37,195 nucleotides of DNA from Bdellovibrionota bacterium (lineage in GTDB: Bacteria > Bdellovibrionota > Bdellovibrionia > Bdellovibrionales > JAEYZS01), in contig CAUJEF010000096.1 of NCBI GenBank assembly GCA_963169515.1, forward strand, positions 1 through 37,195, written 5' to 3'. A program made the position numbers and the translations under genes. The first letter of the stretch is position 1. Every line of letters starts with the position of its first letter. A model generated the notes under the pieces. It saw nothing but the letters and a program-made list of their open reading frames with translations, was not told where the DNA came from and ran no database searches. This document shows positions 9,097-20,600 of the stretch, one piece after another.

Positions 9097-9684
9097 TTAC
9101 TTCGGGGGCAGTCTGAATGCTTTTGAGAATTCCATTTGGGTATCTTCGTCTAAAGATAAATTTAGCCAGTCGAGATATTCCGTCCTTCTGCTAGGAATTA
9201 AGTGCCCAAATGGTGATGGCTCTATCTGGATACGGGAACTCAACAGTAAATGTTCGGCAAGGGTTGAATTTTTATAAGCTTCTGCCCGGGTTACAATTTT
9301 TGCATCAACAGGATTTCGATAAATATATTTGTGTGCGTTGTAATAATAATACTGATCAGAAATGACCTTCCATTTATACCGCCCCCCGAATACGTGATTT
9401 ATTCTCCCCGTATATTTATTTATTGCTTTGCTGATTTGTGTAAGAACAAAATGCATGGCTTCGCTGATGTTAGATCGTGGAGTAGTGCAAGTCAGATGAT
9501 AGTGGTTAGACATTAGAAGAAAACTATGAATTTTTAGAGCATAGTTTTTCTGGGCGAGCTGCAAGTTTTTGATGAATATTTCCCAGCAGATATCTTCGGG
9601 CAAGTAAAACCATTCCTTATTGTTCGACCGTCCGAAAATATGATATGGATTTGCATTATTCAAAATAATATGTCGTCTTCCCAT
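9097..9684 (-). CDS. REP-associated tyrosine transposase (RAYT, IS200/Y1 HUH superfamily)
   Basis: YHIFGRSNNK, LMSNHYH (HUH), HVFGGRY, YIYRNPVDA (catalytic Tyr region); flanked by inverted REPs; start taken at MGRRH. Confidence 0.92.
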   Translation of the reverse strand: MGRRHIILNNANPYHIFGRSNNKEWFYLPEDICWEIFIKNLQLAQKNYALKIHSFLLMSNHYHLTCTTPRSNISEAMHFVLTQISKAINKYTGRINHVFGGRYKWKVISDQYYYYNAHKYIYRNPVDAKIVTRAEAYKNSTLAEHLLLSSRIQIEPSPFGHLIPSRRTEYLDWLNLSLDEDTQMEFSKAFRLPPK

Positions 9685-9750
9685 ATGATTGGCATATGCA
9701 AGCGACCATACCAATCTATCTAGCATTATAATTGGTTTGGCAGACAAAGA

Positions 9751-9788
9751 GTCCGGTAGCCGGACAGGGGGTGCCTGGCACCCATTAG
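9751..9788. repeat. REP element, right flank of RAYT (inverted)
   Basis: GTCCGG-TAG-CCGGAC hairpin then GGGTGCCTGGCACCC-ATTAG; near reverse complement of 9052-9090. Confidence 0.85.
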
Positions 9789-10534
9789 CGGAAGCGGTGG
9801 ATGAGCCAGTTGTGTTTTTGGGCGTGTTCTTCGAGCAAGAGTTCGCTTTTGTATATTTTCATTTGGCTTGTGGCGGAAAGAACAGCAAGTTTTACGTGGG
9901 ATGAGCTGTCGATGAGCTCCAGGTCTCCAATAGTGTTGCCCGCAGCAACAATGGGGCGGACGCCATTTGTATGTTGCAACAGGGCGTCTGTCTTTCCCTT
10001 TCCATAGGTAATTGGACCGTCTTGGAGGTCGGTAACAATTCCATTTTCGATTTTCGTTGTAACACCCAAAACATTCTCAGCAGGTATTCCAAGCGGTTTT
10101 ACGGGCGCTTCGACGGCCCACTTTACCGAAGCCGTAACAACAATAATTTCAACCCCTTTAAATTGAAGATATTCGATCAAATTTTTTATAGATTCAAAAT
10201 AAGGATAATTTTTTTCCTGCAGAAAACATTGTTCAGCCCATTTTTTCACTTCAGAAATTTTTTTATTTTTGTGAATTTGCGCTAGCCATAGAAATGCATC
10301 TTCTGCACGGTTGGCTTTAATAGAATAAACATGGCCCCACGGGTCTTTAGGAAGGTCTAATAAATTGTTATCAATCTCGTAATCAAAAAACTTGTTTCCA
10401 GCGTCGTTGTCCCACAGAGTTCCGTCTGCGTCGAAAGCCGCATACCATGGCTCAGGTATTTCAGAAAGGGCGGTGTCTAGTCTGGACTTAATAAGATCCC
10501 AAGTTTTGTCAGAAAACTCTTTGAAATTTGTCAC
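9785..10534 (-). CDS. HAD-superfamily hydrolase (phosphoserine-phosphatase-like, subfamily IB)
   Basis: Motif I FDADGTLW, motif II VVTAS, motif III GK, motif IV GNTIGD; GTG start. Confidence 0.9.
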   Translation of the reverse strand: MTNFKEFSDKTWDLIKSRLDTALSEIPEPWYAAFDADGTLWDNDAGNKFFDYEIDNNLLDLPKDPWGHVYSIKANRAEDAFLWLAQIHKNKKISEVKKWAEQCFLQEKNYPYFESIKNLIEYLQFKGVEIIVVTASVKWAVEAPVKPLGIPAENVLGVTTKIENGIVTDLQDGPITYGKGKTDALLQHTNGVRPIVAAGNTIGDLELIDSSSHVKLAVLSATSQMKIYKSELLLEEHAQKHNWLIHRFR

Positions 10535-10570
10535 GAAATCATTATTGTAAACATTAACAAGAAAGACAAC

Positions 10571-12202
10571 GTGATGTTTGCGTTTGCTGACCGCAGTAAA
10601 AATATAGAAAAATTAAAAAGTGAGCACTTTGATCTCGTCATTATAGGCGGAGGCATTACTGGCGCCGGCGTAGCAAGGGATGCTGCAAGTCGGGGGATGA
10701 AGGTAGCCATTATTGACGCAAACGATTTCGCCTTCGGGACAAGCTCCAGATCGAGCAAATTAATTCATGGTGGAATTCGGTATTTAGAAAATTTTGAGTT
10801 TCATTTGGTCTATGAAGCACTTTCAGAGAGAAAGGTACTTTTTGAAATTGCCCCACACCTGGTTCATCCACTGCGATTTCTAATTCCGTTGTTTGACGGG
10901 GACCGCGTAGGGATGGGGCGAATGGGTGTTGGGATGTGGGCGTACGAGGCGCTTTCGCTATTTGAAGCTCCCCAGCTCCATGAGCGGCTTTCCAAAAACC
11001 GAACATTGGAGCGCATTTCTATTTTAAAACCAGAGGGTCTAAAAGGCTCTTACGTTTATTCGGATGCTTATATGGATGACGACCGTTTGGTTATGGAAAC
11101 TCTTCGATCAGCAGTGAAGCAGGGCGCAGTAGCTGTAAGTTTTGCCAAGGCAACGGGAGCGCGAATGAGCAACGGCAAAGTCGTGGGGCTAGAGTGTATA
11201 GACGTGATCGGTCAGAACACATTTGCTATTTCTGGGAAGCATTTTGTAAGCACGGTTGGTCCATGGACAGATATTGTTGGGCACTCAATTTTTAAAAATT
11301 GGAAACGGCAACTGCGCCCGAGCAAAGGGGTCCATATTACCCTTAATAAGGACCGTCTTCCGCTCAGTTGCGCAGTTGTAATGTCGACAGACAAAGATCA
11401 AAAACGAATTGTATTTGGAATTCCTCGACATGAAATGATTATTATAGGAACGACAGACACTGATTTTCAAGGCGACCCAGCAGATGTGCATACATCTAAA
11501 AACGATGTTGATTATCTGTTGGCGGTCGCACGGAATTATTTCCCAGGGGCAAATTTAAAACAAGAAGACATCATTGCATCGTATGCGGGCGTGCGTCCGC
11601 TGGTTGACGATGGGTCGACAACTGAAAGCAAAACAAGCCGCGAGCATTTAATTCTTACGGACGAGCGTAATGTGACTTTTGTTGCGGGGGGAAAGTACAC
11701 AACGTATCGACGAATGGCCCAACAAACGGTTGAGTTGTGCCTGCGGCACTTTTACAATACGGAAGATCGGGTTCGATTTGCGAGAAATCAAACAAAAAAT
11801 CCATTAAATCCGTTGGCATCAGCGCAGGCTCTAAGCGAGGCGCAGAAAGAGATCCCAAGAATTGCCCGGCATATGGGAGCCTCGGAAAAGGATGCCCAAG
11901 TCTTAATAGAGCGACATGGGCTTGAGGCGATCGAAATCGTAAACAAATATTTTTCTGCGGGGAAAACAATTTGGGAGCTAGAGGCGCAATTTGCAATGGA
12001 CGAAACTTGCTGTGGACGGATCATAGACTTTTACTTGCGGCGGGTACCTCTATTTTTATCCCAAAAAAATCATGGTTACGAGATGCTCGGAAAAATATCC
12101 AAGATATTTGCACAAAAATACTCCTGGTCTGATTCAGAAATCAGACAACAAATTCAAGCAGCGCAAGACTTTGAAAAGTTTGAAATGGGATGGAAAAATT
12201 AG
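10571..12202 (+). CDS. glpD: FAD-dependent glycerol-3-phosphate dehydrogenase/oxidase
   Basis: IIGGGITGAG, GTSSRSSKLIHGGIRYL, DDDRL, IGTTDT, YAGVRPL, GGKYTTYRRMA. Confidence 0.95.
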   Translation: MMFAFADRSKNIEKLKSEHFDLVIIGGGITGAGVARDAASRGMKVAIIDANDFAFGTSSRSSKLIHGGIRYLENFEFHLVYEALSERKVLFEIAPHLVHPLRFLIPLFDGDRVGMGRMGVGMWAYEALSLFEAPQLHERLSKNRTLERISILKPEGLKGSYVYSDAYMDDDRLVMETLRSAVKQGAVAVSFAKATGARMSNGKVVGLECIDVIGQNTFAISGKHFVSTVGPWTDIVGHSIFKNWKRQLRPSKGVHITLNKDRLPLSCAVVMSTDKDQKRIVFGIPRHEMIIIGTTDTDFQGDPADVHTSKNDVDYLLAVARNYFPGANLKQEDIIASYAGVRPLVDDGSTTESKTSREHLILTDERNVTFVAGGKYTTYRRMAQQTVELCLRHFYNTEDRVRFARNQTKNPLNPLASAQALSEAQKEIPRIARHMGASEKDAQVLIERHGLEAIEIVNKYFSAGKTIWELEAQFAMDETCCGRIIDFYLRRVPLFLSQKNHGYEMLGKISKIFAQKYSWSDSEIRQQIQAAQDFEKFEMGWKN

Positions 12203-12657
12203 GCCCGGCTTTTCAATTTTTGAATTAATGACGTCCATTTTGCAAGGCCAGTGATACCGTGCGCAGTTAAAAATTTGGCAAACTCTTTGCCCCCTTCTTT
12301 GGCAATCCCAAGATAACCATGCGTCAAAATGTTTGTGATCGATCCGACAATATTTATTTTTATACCACCCGCAAGGTACTGTTTTAAAATTTCAACGCCA
12401 AATTCACCAACAGAGTTCCCGCTGTATTTCGATAGAATATCAACGGCCTCTGGGGTTAGGGCAAAAACAATATCTGGTTTTTTTGCTTTTCGCTTTTCAA
12501 GTTTGGGATTTTTATTCGCTTTAAAAAAGGAGCACTCGAGTTTTTCGATCAATATACCAATTTCGATATCATCATTAAGGTGTTCAACAACTTTTTTGCT
12601 GATTTCTTTTTGTTCTAAAAAGTCGCGAACCTTGTTGAAGTAGCTTTCTTGGGTCAT
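12199..12657 (-). CDS. Hypothetical protein, possibly SCP2-like lipid-binding fold
   Basis: ORF with GGAGG RBS; KPDIVFALT..YLAGGIKINIVG loosely resembles SCP2 pattern (weak). Confidence 0.6.
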   Translation of the reverse strand: MTQESYFNKVRDFLEQKEISKKVVEHLNDDIEIGILIEKLECSFFKANKNPKLEKRKAKKPDIVFALTPEAVDILSKYSGNSVGEFGVEILKQYLAGGIKINIVGSITNILTHGYLGIAKEGGKEFAKFLTAHGITGLAKWTSLIQKLKSRA

Positions 12658-12858
12658 AAAATTGCCTCCGGCAATTTAGCTAAATAAATTATGATTCACT
12701 CTGTGGATCATTGCAGGAACAAGTAGGACTATACGCTCGAAGCAGAACGGATCTCAAACTTCAATTCAAAATTGGCGGAGCGCATCAGAAATTGAGTGAT
12801 TTGACTCTCAATCGTTACCGCGTAAACTCTTAAAATATAAGGCGAGTCAATCATTTAA

Positions 12859-13929
<1,071 letters not shown>

Positions 13930-13931
13930 CC

Positions 13932-14390
13932 ATGGAAAAGGTGCAGATTCGCTCTGTCGCTTCATTTTTCTTTTTTACGCTTCTTGATAGCAATTTGGCG
14001 TACAAGGCGACGTCGGACGCAATAAATATTTGTAATAAAGAGCTCAAACGCACTGATAAGCAGATTCTACCCAATTCTTTTTTAATTGAAACAAATTATA
14101 AGGTTTGGAAGCGATACAAAGATGTAAAGCCAAAGATGAATTGGGAAATTCGCGACATCCCAAACCCATTTGACATCCCAGAGGGCATTAACCTTTCCCC
14201 GTGGCGGCAATTTATAAAAGATGAACACACAAACGTGAGTTTGATTGTGGTTTGGTCGCGGCTTTTGGGATTTTCTGATAAAGATATTGCAGAGGGGATG
14301 GGTGTTTCTACGGGAACCGTTCGCTACCGTGCAGGCAAGGGGTTGAAGGCCTTGGCCGGAGAATTAAAGCCGGCGGTGACTGATGCGTAA
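13932..14390 (+). CDS. ECF sigma factor-like protein with region-4 HTH
   Basis: C-terminal GFSDKDIAEGMGVSTGTVRYR..KGLKAL; N-terminal region divergent; alternative TTG start at 13926. Confidence 0.65.
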   Translation: MEKVQIRSVASFFFFTLLDSNLAYKATSDAINICNKELKRTDKQILPNSFLIETNYKVWKRYKDVKPKMNWEIRDIPNPFDIPEGINLSPWRQFIKDEHTNVSLIVVWSRLLGFSDKDIAEGMGVSTGTVRYRAGKGLKALAGELKPAVTDA

Positions 14391-15300
14391 ACGCAATATG
14401 AGCGAATTCATGACAATTGAACTTTTGTACGATTACAAAATTGGCAAATTAGATTCAATTCGGGCAGAGGCGATAGAAGAAGGTTTGAAAAATTCTCCGT
14501 TGGCGCAGGCAGAGCTCACCAAGCTTGGGGTCGGCATTGAATATTGTGACATGCTGAAACGTATTGAAATTTCCGATGACTTGCTAAAGCGCTTACTCGA
14601 TCGTCCCACAACAAAGCAAAAAATTTTTCATTATATTGCATGGAAAAATATCCCCCAGGCCTTCAAGTGGGGTGTTGAGGCTCTAATTGTCGCTTTCGCA
14701 ATTACATTTTTTATTATAGAGTTCCCAAAGTTTTACACAGAAGACAGCGTAACAGAGTCTATCGTTGCTCAGACATTTCAACCCGCTCCGCTTACAGATT
14801 ATAATACTTTAAAGGATCAAATAGTCCCACAGCAGACAGGTGCCCCCGTGACAGAGCAAGGGGAAGACGACAATCAACCAGAAATTCCTTTTGAAACAGC
14901 CGACTTGCCTGCGGACACACCGGTCAATTCGGTGCCTGCGGTGGAAGATGTAAATGTTCCGACCACCGCGCAAGAGCAAGTAAAGCCAGATGTTCCGCGG
15001 TCGAAGGTGGTTCGCACGGGCTACATTTATCGAATCAGTTTTAAAAATGAGAATGCCTATGAGATTACCCCGGACCTAGTTGAAAAAATTATTTCCTTGG
15101 GAGGCAAGAAGGCAGGCCAGGTTGAGCTCGGGTGGAAAAAATCTAACGGGAGTTATTTTCACTTTGCAATTCCTGATACGAGCTATGATATGCTCATTGA
15201 CACGTTATCGAAATATGGATCTTTCAGCGTGGACAAGTCTGAACATCCACGCGTAATGCCGGACGGAGTTCTTCGATTTATCGTCTGGATTGAAAAGTAA
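14383..15300 (+). CDS. Single-pass membrane anti-sigma-like protein
   Basis: N-terminal ELLYDYKIGKL...IEEGLKNSPLAQAEL resembles a ZAS domain; one TM; Pro/acidic linker; C-terminal globular domain; overlaps upstream gene. Confidence 0.6.
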   Translation: MRKRNMSEFMTIELLYDYKIGKLDSIRAEAIEEGLKNSPLAQAELTKLGVGIEYCDMLKRIEISDDLLKRLLDRPTTKQKIFHYIAWKNIPQAFKWGVEALIVAFAITFFIIEFPKFYTEDSVTESIVAQTFQPAPLTDYNTLKDQIVPQQTGAPVTEQGEDDNQPEIPFETADLPADTPVNSVPAVEDVNVPTTAQEQVKPDVPRSKVVRTGYIYRISFKNENAYEITPDLVEKIISLGGKKAGQVELGWKKSNGSYFHFAIPDTSYDMLIDTLSKYGSFSVDKSEHPRVMPDGVLRFIVWIEK

Positions 15301-15306
15301 AAGCAC

Positions 15307-17211
15307 ATGGCAAAAACGCTGCGTCTTTTAACGCCGAAGAAATCTTTGCAGGCGCTTTTGGCCATGTGGTTTTTGTTGTTTTCAGTCGTTCCTGCGGCCT
15401 TTGTCACAGGATATTCGTTGGTACAATTTGAAGACGCTTTTAATAAAGAAATTCATCAAAGACTTGAAAGCAATTTTAGGGAACTGGATAAGACATTTAA
15501 AGATATCGAAGGGTATTTGTTAAATTACGGCAATCTTCATGCGACTGATGCTGATTTTGTATATAATATTTCAACGACCAACAACGCCAAAATTCGCCAT
15601 ATTGTGGAACAATGGATGCGAAACTATTCTGCGAGTCAAATTTCTACGTTTGATCGCGATGGAAAGCTTATTGTTGCCGTTGGGAAAAATGTCGATGGCG
15701 GGGTTGAAAGCATCCCTTCCCTTGAGCGGGGAGATGTATACCTGGCAAAAACATTGTTGGATAAATTTGAGAATCAAAACCAATTTATATTTCGAGATCT
15801 TCACCCGAAGAGAGGTTTAGAGCTTATCGTTTATTCAAAAGCAGTAATGGCTAATGGCCGTTTGGCAGGCTATTTAGAAGAAATTTTTTCTATAAACCAG
15901 AGCTACATCGAAACCCTAAAAAAGAGATTGGGGCTTGATATCGTCGTTTATAACGCGGAAATTGAACCCATCATTTCAACGCATGAAGATTTATTGTTTA
16001 CGCAAAAAAATCTTTTAAAGGATTCTTTTGCCAATGGGAAAAACAATTTTTTTGAAATTCCAACCCGGGGCAACTCATATGGACTTTACGTTAAGCCCTT
16101 GACGGATGACAAAACAGTATATTTGGGATTAGCAGCTCCACGTAATGAAATAAAAAAAGTGACATCCGGAATTAATAGGGCCGTGTTTAGCGTGATGGGT
16201 CTTGTAATTATCCTTATTATCATTGTCCTCTTCAGTGTTTCGAATGTAATTGTGCGACCATTAAAAAATTTAGTACGGGCTGCAAAAAAAATTGAGGATG
16301 GCGAAGTTGCTCAAGTGCCAATAGAAACAGAGACCGAGGTCGGCCTTTTGACGTTAAGTTTTAACAATATGTCCAGAAAAATTGCCCAAGCTCAAAAGGA
16401 ACTAAAAAATAAAATCGAAGAACTTGAAAGCGCAAACAAAGAAATCCAAGAGACCCAAGGACAGCTCATTCAGTCGGCGAAAATGGTAAGCCTCGGTCAA
16501 CTTGTGGCGGGTGTCGCACATGAATTAAATAACCCTATTGGGTTTATTTACTCTAATATGAATCATTTGAAAGAATATTCTGATAAGCTGGTGAAGCTTG
16601 TAGAAGTAGCAGAAAGAGACCCTAAAAATTTACATGAGGCAAAAAAGGAAGCAGATTATGACTATATCGTCGACGATCTGCCGAAGCTTATTAAATCTTG
16701 TGAAGACGGAGCCCGTCGCGTCCGAGACATCGTCGTAGACCTTAGAAACTTTTCGCGCGCAGACGAAGCCGACAAACAAGACTACTCGTTGGAAGAAGGC
16801 CTGGACAATACACTGAATTTGTTGGCGGGAGAGTACAAAAATAGAATTCAAATTCATAAAAATTATGCCGGTGTTCCTAAAATGAAGTGTTATGCCAATC
16901 AGATTAACCAGGCTTTAATGAACATTCTGGCCAATGCAATTCATGCAATAGACGGTCGTGGCGATATTTGGGTTACAACCAAAAGGACAAACAGTGAGGT
17001 TATGGTCAGCATCCGCGATAGCGGCAGGGGAATTCCAGAAAAGATTCGTGATAAAATTTTTGATCCATTTTTCACCACAAAGAATGTTGGCAAGGGGACA
17101 GGGCTTGGGCTCAGCATTACATACGGAATTATTCAACGCCATAATGGAGATATTGAAGTCAAATCGACAGAGGGGCAGGGGACAGAATTTATTATTCACT
17201 TCCCGATCTAG
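15307..17211 (+). CDS. Membrane sensor histidine kinase (periplasmic sensor, HAMP, HisKA, HATPase; NtrB-like)
   Basis: Two TMs, HAMP, H-box [10 protein letters not shown]-box [30 protein letters not shown]. Confidence 0.95.
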   Translation: MAKTLRLLTPKKSLQALLAMWFLLFSVVPAAFVTGYSLVQFEDAFNKEIHQRLESNFRELDKTFKDIEGYLLNYGNLHATDADFVYNISTTNNAKIRHIVEQWMRNYSASQISTFDRDGKLIVAVGKNVDGGVESIPSLERGDVYLAKTLLDKFENQNQFIFRDLHPKRGLELIVYSKAVMANGRLAGYLEEIFSINQSYIETLKKRLGLDIVVYNAEIEPIISTHEDLLFTQKNLLKDSFANGKNNFFEIPTRGNSYGLYVKPLTDDKTVYLGLAAPRNEIKKVTSGINRAVFSVMGLVIILIIIVLFSVSNVIVRPLKNLVRAAKKIEDGEVAQVPIETETEVGLLTLSFNNMSRKIAQAQKELKNKIEELESANKEIQETQGQLIQSAKMVSLGQLVAGVAHELNNPIGFIYSNMNHLKEYSDKLVKLVEVAERDPKNLHEAKKEADYDYIVDDLPKLIKSCEDGARRVRDIVVDLRNFSRADEADKQDYSLEEGLDNTLNLLAGEYKNRIQIHKNYAGVPKMKCYANQINQALMNILANAIHAIDGRGDIWVTTKRTNSEVMVSIRDSGRGIPEKIRDKIFDPFFTTKNVGKGTGLGLSITYGIIQRHNGDIEVKSTEGQGTEFIIHFPI

Positions 17212-17641
17212 AATCAAGCACGTTCACTTTGTAACCCGCTTTTTCGGCTTCTTTTTTTAATTTTTGAATCAGCTGCTTTTTCTGAGCCTCGGTTTCAGCG
17301 TATTCCTGTTTTTCAGTTGAAACTTCGTCTTGGATATTAGCGGCGGGATCGTTCAGGGGTTTGTATATTTCTGTTTTTTGCTCCTTTGAAAAAGCATTTG
17401 GCTGTTGCTCAAGAATTACGCCATTTGAAGCAGCGGGATCCGTTTTTGGAACAGGGGGAAGGGGGATAACTTTTGCTTTTTTGCGGGCGTCGATAGCTGC
17501 CCGCTGCTTTTGAAGCTCTTGTTCCTTTGAAGTTTTAATAAGATGTTTATTCACAAGTTTATCTGCCTTTTTCTTTTCAGATTCTTCTGCAAAAGAAATA
17601 CTGGCGGCTATAACAATTAGAACAGCGACAAAGATTCTCAT
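17192..17641 (-). CDS. Secreted Lys/Glu-rich hypothetical protein
   Basis: Signal peptide ending SFA-EE; converges on the kinase with a 20-bp overlap. Confidence 0.75.
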   Translation of the reverse strand: MRIFVAVLIVIAASISFAEESEKKKADKLVNKHLIKTSKEQELQKQRAAIDARKKAKVIPLPPVPKTDPAASNGVILEQQPNAFSKEQKTEIYKPLNDPAANIQDEVSTEKQEYAETEAQKKQLIQKLKKEAEKAGYKVNVLDSRSGSE

Positions 17642-17649
17642 ATAGATAC

Positions 17650-17677
17650 GTATCGGTTAATCGCGCCCCTCGCTTAA
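17650..17677 (-). promoter_or_regulatory. sigma28-type promoter candidate
   Basis: TTAA(G)-N16-ACCGATAC, same spacing as 1745-1772, 8 nt before ATG 17641. Confidence 0.45.
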
Positions 17678-20600
17678 GAACATATTGGCCATTGTCTGGG
17701 CTTCAGCGGCAGATAATGCAGCCCTTTCTATGTTTTGTAAAGTTTGTCTAATTATAGCCTTGGAAATGATGCCTGTGTTGGCAGCAGAGTCAATGGTTGA
17801 ATGAATCAGGCTATCGTCATAGTGGAGGTAATATGGATTCTCTTGCTGGCCTTCAGCTTCTTCAGAAACACCAATGCCAAAGAGATAATTGAGATTTTCA
17901 ATGGCGTTTTTCAGTATTTCTCGTTCTAACTTTAGATCCTTAGAGTCTGCTTTGTGGGCAATCAAAAACAAAATATTTAGTTGGTCTAAAAGATCCTTTT
18001 TTGCCTGTAGATAGTTTTCTTTGCCAAGGAGATCGTTGCGCCGATATAAACTGTCATAGAGGGGCTCAAGGATGGCATCAAAATAAAATGTGACTTCTTC
18101 GCGAATTGCGGGCAACACGCCGAGAGGTATTTTAACTTTCAATCGACCCATCGCATTTCCAAGCATAATTGCATAAATCTTTTCGTTGTGTATGGCTTTG
18201 TCATGCAGCAGGGGATAATATTCCTTTTCCAGAATATCTGTTTTAAACTCTTTATAAGCGGCATCTAGTAGTTTTGCATATCGCGGCTCCATGGTTTGCT
18301 GCCACCATGTATCGAAATCCAGTTTTCCCAGAAAGCGACTGTCAAAATTTTGATAAATATAATCCATTATGCTCGCATAAGTTTTTCCATCGCTTTCAAA
18401 TGGATAATATAAACTGAGGGTGTCAATTTCTACACGGAAAGGAAATGGGTTATTTTCACGATAAATATAAGACATGGGAGCATCCATGTGGTAGTTGTGA
18501 ATCAGCTGCTGAAATGAATTTGGAACTTTTCGCTGGCAAATTTCTGGCGTTGAGGGGCCTTTGGTAATTCGCGGAAGATCCATTCGGCCTTTCCAGCCGC
18601 GGTCATCATAAATTGTTTTGTCAGGCAGTAAATTATCGTTTTTATCATTAAACCAGTCGTTATCGGGTCCACATACCATGCTTAAAAGCAAGTACTCAAT
18701 CATAGACTTTGTATCGCGGCCGTGGAAATGTTGATCCCTAGTTGAAGCATCGACGCCGTTTATTCTTAAGTAGACTTCATAGTCTTCTGCAAATGCGCCA
18801 CCAGGGCCGACAGGGGCGCCTGCGCTAAATAACTTAGATCTTTCGTCGTAACCATTGCCATACAGTGCCTGACGAACTTCTTCAAATATGCATCGGTTAT
18901 CTGGTCCGAGGTTTGATTGTGTACTGCTAAAATACTCGGTTTCTCGGCAAAGAGGTTCTAGCCGGAGCTGTTTATCCAGCCAGCCATCGACATTTGCTTT
19001 ATCGAATGGGGTTGCCGTTTGGTAATTTGCTATGACAGAAAACATGGTGTTTTCTAAAGCAACGCGAAGGGGGTTTTCTTCTCGTACTTTTTGCCCGCAG
19101 CGTTCTTGATATAAAGATGCCTCATAATTCAAATCAAATAATGCCTTTGCAACGTCTGATTGCTTTTTAGAACGAAAAGCGATTATGTATTCGTGCAGCT
19201 TTTGTATAGTTTTTGAATCAAGATTTTTTCGAATTCGCACTTCGTTTTCAAGGACTTGAGAAACTAATCCTACAATTTTGGGTTGCATTTTCATGGATAG
19301 AATTTGAGTTTCGTTCAGTTTTCCTTGCGTAAACTCTGCGTCTTTCAGGTAGTTCGAGCTTATTTTTTTGTAAGGCTCTGCTTGACTTGCTCGGCTCAGT
19401 TTTTGAATTTTATCTATCACAGGGGCGTCTGTGATATCTGGAGATAGCCTAAAGTAGGCATCCGTTTTTAAAAAGGGAAGCGTTTCGTATTTGTTTAAAT
19501 TTTTTTGGCTCCAATCAAAAAGACTATAAAACTGAGAGAACATTTTATTGTTTTTTTCTATAACAGGTAATTTAATGTTTAGCTGTCGTGCCTTCTGAAT
19601 TTGCCAAACAAGATCCCTATAGAAATTTTTTGCGGCAGAGTAACGGTTGACGAGCTCGTTGTAATAAATAACCCAATTTATAAATGCCTCACGGGTTCTC
19701 GCAGTGATTTTGTTGTGCCACATTTCTTGGTCCGCTCTAAACTTTTCGAGCTGTGATAAAATTTCTGTTCCCTGACAGTCCGGAGGAAGGGAGTATTTTG
19801 TCGTTAATCCATAATAAGGCAAACACGCCGAAAGTGTGCGCGTAAGTTTTCCATAATCGTGATCTAAAATACGGGCAGAAATAGTTTGTGCAGTGGCTGT
19901 TCCTATTCCAAGCTTGTAATCAACAACATCGTATAGCATGAAAAAAGCTGTCATTGCTCCGGAGATTCGGCCAAATCTTAAGATAAACTTTAGGGCCGTG
20001 CTGCCGCCCGTCCCTTTTGTTGTTTGAATCAGAAGGGTTTTGCTTAATTTGGTGTCCTTAAGCGCTTGATTGATCATTTCGACATCTTTTGCTGTGGCGG
20101 GAAGTGATGTTCCGCCTTTTAAAATGCGAATTTTATTTCTGAATTTGTTTTTCAAATTCTTTCCAACTTCAGAATTTTTTAAATCGTCATAGACCTGGGC
20201 GCCAGTGAAGAAAATCATACCTGTCCAAAATGTATTGTGCATATCTACGACGAACTGCTGTGCGGTCTCGGATTTTAGCCATTGATTGAAGTATCCATCT
20301 GCGCAGATACCTCCGAACTGCTTATATTCTATTGTTGAAATACGTTCTTTGTTGTACTGAATTTGATAACAAGCATAAGCAACATTTGAAAATCGGCCGA
20401 TCATTTGTGAAATTGCAACGGGAACCATAAAGAGCCCAGAAATTTTTGTACTGGCCCAAAGCAACTTTCCCGACCTACGTGCGAGATCGGACATACCCAC
20501 AGCATCAAACATATTCAAGCCAAGGGTCGAGCGCATAGCGCTGGCAGTTTTACCCATTTCGCCAAATTTTGCGTCATATTTCATTTGTAAATAATGAAAT

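Noticed and set aside
9697..9714. sigma54-like motif upstream of RAYT (TTGGTATGGTCGCTTGCA)
   Set aside because: GG to GC spacing is 11 nt rather than the strict 10
7681..9788. CRISPR array from the GGTGCCWGGCACC repeats
   Set aside because: Copies are inverted and irregularly spaced, no cas genes; explained as REPs
12769..12780. AAATTGGCGGAG match to junction core upstream of mreB
   Set aside because: No distal CGAAC motif, no HTH tail and no accessory cargo; probably chance
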